Source: Pseudomonadota bacterium
Lineage (GTDB): Bacteria; UBA10199; 2-02-FULL-44-16; JBDRGF01
Assembly (NCBI GenBank): GCA_043818055.1
Contig: JBDRGF010000032.1
Location: 1 to 28,721 of the forward strand
Direction of reading: 5' to 3'
DNA length: 28,721 nt
In this document: positions 23,423-28,721 of the stretch, piece by piece
Layout: every line of letters starts with the position of its first letter
Position numbering within the stretch: the first letter of the stretch is position 1
Position numbers and translations under genes: made by a program
Notes under the pieces: model-generated
Database searches by the model: none
What the model saw: only the letters and a program-made list of their open reading frames with translations
What the model was told of the DNA's origin: nothing

Positions 23423-26400
23423 ATGCAACACGCAAATTTTGTCCATCTACATGTTCATAGCTATTACAGCCTGCTCGATGGGGCTTGTCCGCTCGACAAG
23501 TTGATCGCGAAGGCTAGGGAGCATAAACTGCCGGCTCTGGCCGTCACGGATCATGGAAATATGTTCTGTGCGGTCGAATTCTATCAGTCGGCTCAAAAGG
23601 CAGGGTTAAAACCGCTCATAGGGTGCGAATGTTACCTTCTCGCGAAGGGTTCACGGCTTACAAAAGACATTAAGCAGGAGGGGTATCGCACTCACATCAC
23701 ACTGCTCGTAAAAAATGCGATCGGATACAAGAATCTGTGCAAACTCGTTTCTTCATCTTATCTCGAAGGGTTCTACTATAAGCCACGAATAGATAAGGAA
23801 ATTTTACGAGAATATAACGAGGGATTGATAGCCCTTTCCGGTTGTATAAAGGGGGAGGTTTGTAAGTCTCTCCTGGATAGCACATTTGAACAGGCAGAAT
23901 CTGTGGTCGATGAGATGACTTCGATTTTTAACAACGATCGCTACTTTCTCGAAATAATGGATAACGGTTTACCTGAGCAGGCGAGAATTCGCTCGCAACT
24001 TATCGATCTATCGAAGAAAAAAGGGGTGGGACTTGTTGCGACAAACGATGTTCACTATCTTGCGAGAGAGGATGCCCCTTCTCAGGATGCCCTGCTTTGT
24101 ATTCAGACCGGCAAGAACCTGACCGACACAAACCGGTTAAGACTTTCGACCGATGAGTTCTATTTTCGTACCCCTGAAGAGATGAGTGAGCTCTTTAAAG
24201 ATTGTCCAGAAGCTATTGATAATACGGTACATATTGCCGGCAGACTCAATCTCGAGATGGATTTCAACACGTACCATTTCCCAAAATTTGAACCCCCTGA
24301 AAATTACGATCTTGCAACATATCTCGAAGAGCGGGCGAGGGAGGGTTTAAAAAAGCACTGGCCACTCATATTGCAATATCGCGAGGCTCAGGATGGACCG
24401 GAGATTCAAAAGGAATATGATGACCGTCTGAACCATGAGCTTGAGGTTATAAAATCGATGGGTTTTGCGGGTTACTTTTTGATTGTCGCCGATTTCATAG
24501 ATTATGCGAGGAGTCAGGACCTGCCTGTCGGTCCCGGCCGCGGTTCGGCAGCCGGCTCCCTTGTTGCCTATGCCCTTGGTATCACCGATATAGAACCGAT
24601 TGAAAATGGCCTCCTCTTTGAGCGCTTTTTGAACCCTGAAAGAATCAGCATGCCGGATGTCGATATCGACTTTTGCATGAGGCGGCGCGATGAGGTGATC
24701 GCATATGTCGCGAAGAAGTATGGCAACGTCTCCCAGATCATCACATTTGGAAAGATGAAGGCAAGGGCCGTCGTGAGGGACGTAGGACGGGTCATGGGTG
24801 TGCCGTATGGAGATGTTGACAGGATAGCCAAGATGATTCCTGCTACTTTGGGGATGAATCTCGAGCTCGCCCTCAAGGTCGAACCGAAGCTAAAAAAACT
24901 GGCGAACGATGACCCTCAGATTGGCAAGTTGATCGAGACCTCCCGATTCCTTGAAGGCTTTCCGAGGCACGCTTCGACTCACGCAGCCGGCGTCGTTATC
25001 TCCGATAAACCGCTCTCAGATTTTTTGCCCCTTTATAAAGGTCAGCACGACGAAACAGTCACGCAGTTTGATATGAAGGCGGTTGAAAAGATCGGGCTGA
25101 TCAAATTCGACTTTTTGGGACTCAGGACTTTGACAGTGATCGACGATTGCCTGAAGCTGATCGTGGCTAGTGGCAAAGGGACGCTCGATATTGAGAGGAT
25201 CTCTTTGAAGGATGAGCTTGTCTATAAACATCTATCGGATGGCGATACAGCCGGCGTCTTCCAGCTTGAAAGTTCAGGCATGACTGATCTCGTTATAAAG
25301 CTAAAGCCCGGCGCATTTTCCGACATCGTCGCTCTCGTCGCTCTCTTTCGCCCGGGCCCGTTGGGAAGCGGAATGGTCGATGACTTCATCGACCGCAAAC
25401 ATGGGCGCAAGTCGATCAGCTATGAACTACCTCAGCTCGAAGATATTCTCAAAGATACTTATGGTGTCATCGTCTATCAGGAACAGGTGATGCAGATTGC
25501 ATCCCTTCTCGGTGGCTTTTCGCTTGGCGAAGCGGATATCTTAAGGCGCGCGATGGGAAAGAAGAAAGCCGATGAGATGTCACGCCAACGTGAGCGCTTT
25601 CTCGAAGGTGCGAAGAAGAACAAAATCCCTGAGAAGAAGGCAGAAAAGATATTCGACCTCATGGCGATGTTCGCTGAATATGGTTTTAATAAATCACACA
25701 GCGCCGCATATGCGCTTGTATCCTATCGCACAGCCTATCTCAAATATCATTATCCGGCTGAATATATGGCAGCCCTTCTGACAAGTGAAAAGGACAATAC
25801 CGACAAAATTATAAATTACATCAACGACTGCAAGAATCACGAGATCGAGGTCTTGCCTCCCGATGTCAATCAGAGCCAACGGGATTTTTCGGTCGTTGGG
25901 GATAAGAGTATACGTTTTGGTCTGGGCGCTGTGAAGAATGTCGGTGCTGCCGCGATCGATATCATAGTCGCTGCCCGCTCTGAGAAGGGCGATTTTCGCG
26001 ATATATATAATTTTTGTGAGAGGGTCGATGGCAGGAAGGTGAACAGAAGGGTGGTGGAGAGCCTCATCAAATGTGGAGCATTCGATACCACAGATGAGAG
26101 GAGATCTGCGATATTCGCGAACCTCGACGAAGTGATGGAGTTTGCCTCAGGCAGGCAGAAGGAGAGACAGATAGGACAGTCCAACATATTTGATTCTGTC
26201 GGTGTGACAGATCTGAATCCAAAAAAACTCGTCGAAGTTGCCCAGTGGGATGAACATCAAACGCTGGCATATGAAAAGGAATCGCTGGGATTTTTCATCA
26301 CCGGTCATCCTCTCACGCAGTATCAGGCTCTTTTGAAAACTTATGCAACCGCCGATACGCAGAGTATCGTCAATGTGCCCGATAAAAGAGATGTGAAAAT

Positions 26401-26896
26401 AGGCGGAGTCGTTTTGAGATTGAAGGAGATCACGACGAAAAAAGGTCACAGGATGGGATTTTTGACCATCGAAGATCTAAAGGGATCTGTTGAAGTTGTC
26501 GTCTTTTCCGAGCTCTATGTTAAGTCAGTTACACTTTTAAAGAGCGACAAGTCGCTCTTTGTAACAGGCAAGGTCGATAACGATGGCGAGTCATGTAAGA
26601 TCATTGCGGAGGATATCTATCCACTCGATGAAGTTGTCGACAGACTGACTAAGTCGATTCATTTTAACCTCACAGAGCATGAGACCTCGCAAAAACATAT
26701 GACGCAGCTGAAGAACATGATCTCGCGCTTTCCGGGAGCATGTTATGTCTTTCTTCATCTCTTTTCATCGGATGGGGCAGAAACCGTGCTGAAGCTTCCT
26801 GATGATATGAGGATATCACCATCCCAGGAACTTGTTAAAACGGTGACAAAATATTTCGGACACGATATAGTCAAGTTCAGTTCGGAGACGACGTGA
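23423..26896 (+). CDS. dnaE: DNA polymerase III alpha subunit
   Basis: PHP domain HLHVHS.YSLLDG, GPGRGSAAGS, FERFLNPER.SMPDVDIDF, KFDFLGL, YGFNKSH, C-terminal OB fold; no intein-sized insertion. Confidence 0.98.
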   Translation: MQHANFVHLHVHSYYSLLDGACPLDKLIAKAREHKLPALAVTDHGNMFCAVEFYQSAQKAGLKPLIGCECYLLAKGSRLTKDIKQEGYRTHITLLVKNAIGYKNLCKLVSSSYLEGFYYKPRIDKEILREYNEGLIALSGCIKGEVCKSLLDSTFEQAESVVDEMTSIFNNDRYFLEIMDNGLPEQARIRSQLIDLSKKKGVGLVATNDVHYLAREDAPSQDALLCIQTGKNLTDTNRLRLSTDEFYFRTPEEMSELFKDCPEAIDNTVHIAGRLNLEMDFNTYHFPKFEPPENYDLATYLEERAREGLKKHWPLILQYREAQDGPEIQKEYDDRLNHELEVIKSMGFAGYFLIVADFIDYARSQDLPVGPGRGSAAGSLVAYALGITDIEPIENGLLFERFLNPERISMPDVDIDFCMRRRDEVIAYVAKKYGNVSQIITFGKMKARAVVRDVGRVMGVPYGDVDRIAKMIPATLGMNLELALKVEPKLKKLANDDPQIGKLIETSRFLEGFPRHASTHAAGVVISDKPLSDFLPLYKGQHDETVTQFDMKAVEKIGLIKFDFLGLRTLTVIDDCLKLIVASGKGTLDIERISLKDELVYKHLSDGDTAGVFQLESSGMTDLVIKLKPGAFSDIVALVALFRPGPLGSGMVDDFIDRKHGRKSISYELPQLEDILKDTYGVIVYQEQVMQIASLLGGFSLGEADILRRAMGKKKADEMSRQRERFLEGAKKNKIPEKKAEKIFDLMAMFAEYGFNKSHSAAYALVSYRTAYLKYHYPAEYMAALLTSEKDNTDKIINYINDCKNHEIEVLPPDVNQSQRDFSVVGDKSIRFGLGAVKNVGAAAIDIIVAARSEKGDFRDIYNFCERVDGRKVNRRVVESLIKCGAFDTTDERRSAIFANLDEVMEFASGRQKERQIGQSNIFDSVGVTDLNPKKLVEVAQWDEHQTLAYEKESLGFFITGHPLTQYQALLKTYATADTQSIVNVPDKRDVKIGGVVLRLKEITTKKGHRMGFLTIEDLKGSVEVVVFSELYVKSVTLLKSDKSLFVTGKVDNDGESCKIIAEDIYPLDEVVDRLTKSIHFNLTEHETSQKHMTQLKNMISRFPGACYVFLHLFSSDGAETVLKLPDDMRISPSQELVKTVTKYFGHDIVKFSSETT

Positions 26897-26996
26897 TTAT
26901 TATTTTTCAGCGCGGTTTTAAGTATTTGGAAGGGTGCTCCAGAGAGGTAATGTTTATAAGGTGATTTGGCTATAAAACATGGGAGCGTACAATTTG

Positions 26997-28721
26997 ATGA
27001 GCACAGATTTGACTTTTTTAACAAACGAACCAGGCCATTCTTTATTGGAGAGGTTCAACGCCCTTTTGAAAGAGGATACCCGTCATTTTGACTGCCTCGT
27101 TGGATATTTTTTTATCAGTGGTTTTTATAAAATGTATCCCTTTTTGGAGAACACAGAAAACGTTCGGATTCTCGTTGGATTACAGACTGACAGAAAAACA
27201 TACGATTTGATTCAACAAGGGGCGCAGGAGCTTGATTTTAAATCGCATGCGGAAACAAAAGAAGCAATGCCATTACACATCCTTGAAGAGCTCGAAGAAT
27301 CAGACGACTTTCATGTCCGTGCGACATGGGCAGAGTCAATGGAACAAGGGGTACACAAATTCGTGGAGTGGATTCGATCTGGTAAACTCGAAATCAAAGC
27401 CTACCCAACAGATAAAATACACGCCAAGGTTTATATTATGACCTTTAACGAAAACGACCGGGACAAGGGGCGAGTTATTACGGGATCCAGCAACTTTTCT
27501 CAATCAGGATTACAGGACAATCTCGAATTTAACGTAGAGCTTAAGAACCGATCCGATTATGAGTTTGCACTGGAAAGCTTCAATAAACTATGGGCCAACG
27601 CCGTCGATGTCAGCAACGAATATGTAACGACCATTAATGAAAAGTCGCCTTTTGCCAATTTTACGCCCTACGAGCTCTACCTCAAATTTCTCTACGAATA
27701 TTTCAAGAGTGAACTTAGCCCGTCCGAAGATCTGGAGCGAGCCTATCTTCCGATAAACTTCAAAAAGCTAAAATATCAGGAAGATGCTGTGATGACAGCG
27801 AAGAAAATTCTGGATGAATATGGAGGCGTGTTTATCTCAGACGTCGTTGGTCTTGGAAAGACGTACATTTCAGCTCTACTAGCACAGCAACTGAATGGAA
27901 GAACTCTTGTCCTGGCTCCACCGGCGCTCCTCGACAGAGATAACCCGGGCTCATGGACGAATGTTTTCGATGATTTTCGTATCCCATGCACTCCTTGCTC
28001 AATCGGCAAGTTGGATGATCTCTTAAAAAGAGGCGTGGATAAATATGACAACGTCTTCATAGACGAGGCCCATCGTTTTCGTACAGAAGCAACTGCCACT
28101 TATGAAACGCTTTTCAAAATATGTCGCGGGAAACGGGTAATATTAGTGAGTGCAACCCCCCTCAACAACTCTCCCAAGGACATCCTCAGCCAAATCAAGC
28201 TTTTTCAACCAGGTAAAAATAGCACCATTCCGAATATCCGCGATCTCGAGTATTTTTTTGGAGAGTTAGAAAAGAAGCTCAAAAAACTAGATCGCAAGAA
28301 GGATCACGAAGAATATATTAAAACAGTCCGTGAAAATTCCAAAGCCATCAGAGAAAAGGTTTTAAAATATCTAATGGTGCGTCGCACCAGGCATGAAGTA
28401 CAAAATTATTATGGCAAGGATCTATTAGAGCAGGATCTGAAGTTTCCTGAAGTCTCAGATCCGGAACCTTTGTTCTATCAATTCAATGAAGAGGAGAATG
28501 AAGTATTTAGCAGAACCATTGAATTGCTGGCACAAGATTTTACTTTTGCGAGGTACCAACCACTTACATATTACGAAGGAAAGTCACGCGAGGCAGATAA
28601 GCAGGGTCAACAGAACTTGGCCAAGTTCATGAAGATTCTTTTTGTAAAACGGCTGGAGAGTAGTGTTTTTGCCTTCAAGTCCACCATTGATCGATTCATT
28701 GCCTCCTACGAGCGCTACATT
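26997..28721 (+). CDS. PLD-like nuclease / SNF2-family helicase fusion (partial, runs off the window)
   Basis: Manually translated open frame of 575 codons from ATG 26997: MSTDLTFLTNEPG...VGYF.ISG...IHAKVYI...ITGSSNFSQSGL..NLEFNV (PLD); YQ..., SDVVGLGKT (Walker A), IDEAH (Walker B), SATPLNN, MVRRTR, KRLESS. Missing from the ORF track because it has no stop codon here. Confidence 0.93.
   Translation, partial: MSTDLTFLTNEPGHSLLERFNALLKEDTRHFDCLVGYFFISGFYKMYPFLENTENVRILVGLQTDRKTYDLIQQGAQELDFKSHAETKEAMPLHILEELEESDDFHVRATWAESMEQGVHKFVEWIRSGKLEIKAYPTDKIHAKVYIMTFNENDRDKGRVITGSSNFSQSGLQDNLEFNVELKNRSDYEFALESFNKLWANAVDVSNEYVTTINEKSPFANFTPYELYLKFLYEYFKSELSPSEDLERAYLPINFKKLKYQEDAVMTAKKILDEYGGVFISDVVGLGKTYISALLAQQLNGRTLVLAPPALLDRDNPGSWTNVFDDFRIPCTPCSIGKLDDLLKRGVDKYDNVFIDEAHRFRTEATATYETLFKICRGKRVILVSATPLNNSPKDILSQIKLFQPGKNSTIPNIRDLEYFFGELEKKLKKLDRKKDHEEYIKTVRENSKAIREKVLKYLMVRRTRHEVQNYYGKDLLEQDLKFPEVSDPEPLFYQFNEEENEVFSRTIELLAQDFTFARYQPLTYYEGKSREADKQGQQNLAKFMKILFVKRLESSVFAFKSTIDRFIASYERYI

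Noticed and set aside
23423..26896. Intein or split dnaE
   Set aside because: Length (1157 aa) and motif order are canonical, and there are no intein motifs.
27232..28099. ORFs 27232-27441 (+) and 27776-28099 (-), and the many antisense ORFs within long genes
   Set aside because: They are shadow frames of well-supported genes, here the PLD-helicase.

Overview
Chromosomal window from a diderm bacterium, probably a 'Deltaproteobacteria'-type lineage (inferred from Lgt CC-motif variants, a myxosortase-like protease, a sigma54 promoter and many lipoproteins). It opens with an apparently complete IS1634-family element inserted in a PD-(D/E)XK nuclease gene that is truncated at both ends. Envelope and housekeeping genes follow: BON lipoprotein, SHOCT protein, tlyA, TPR plus LolB-like lipoproteins, an orphan dppD/dppF pair, TIGR01212 radical SAM and a sigma54-preceded zinc-metalloprotease lipoprotein. 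Next come an lgt / lipoprotein / type-2 ileS / lspA / second lgt / CPBP-protease cluster, a HEAT protein, nth-cysE-cysK and dnaE. The window ends in a PLD-nuclease/SNF2-helicase ORF, absent from the ORF track, that runs off the edge. Most notable: (1) two divergent Lgt paralogues, with lspA, the second lgt and a myxosortase-like protease translationally coupled; (2) several intergenic repeat families, including 7-bp-phased inverted arrays, GTAG REPs and a nested MITE with a 4-bp target duplication; (3) a probable 21-bp palindromic in-frame insertion in the helicase. No rRNA, tRNA or CRISPR array was seen. All family calls are by motif recognition, not database search.
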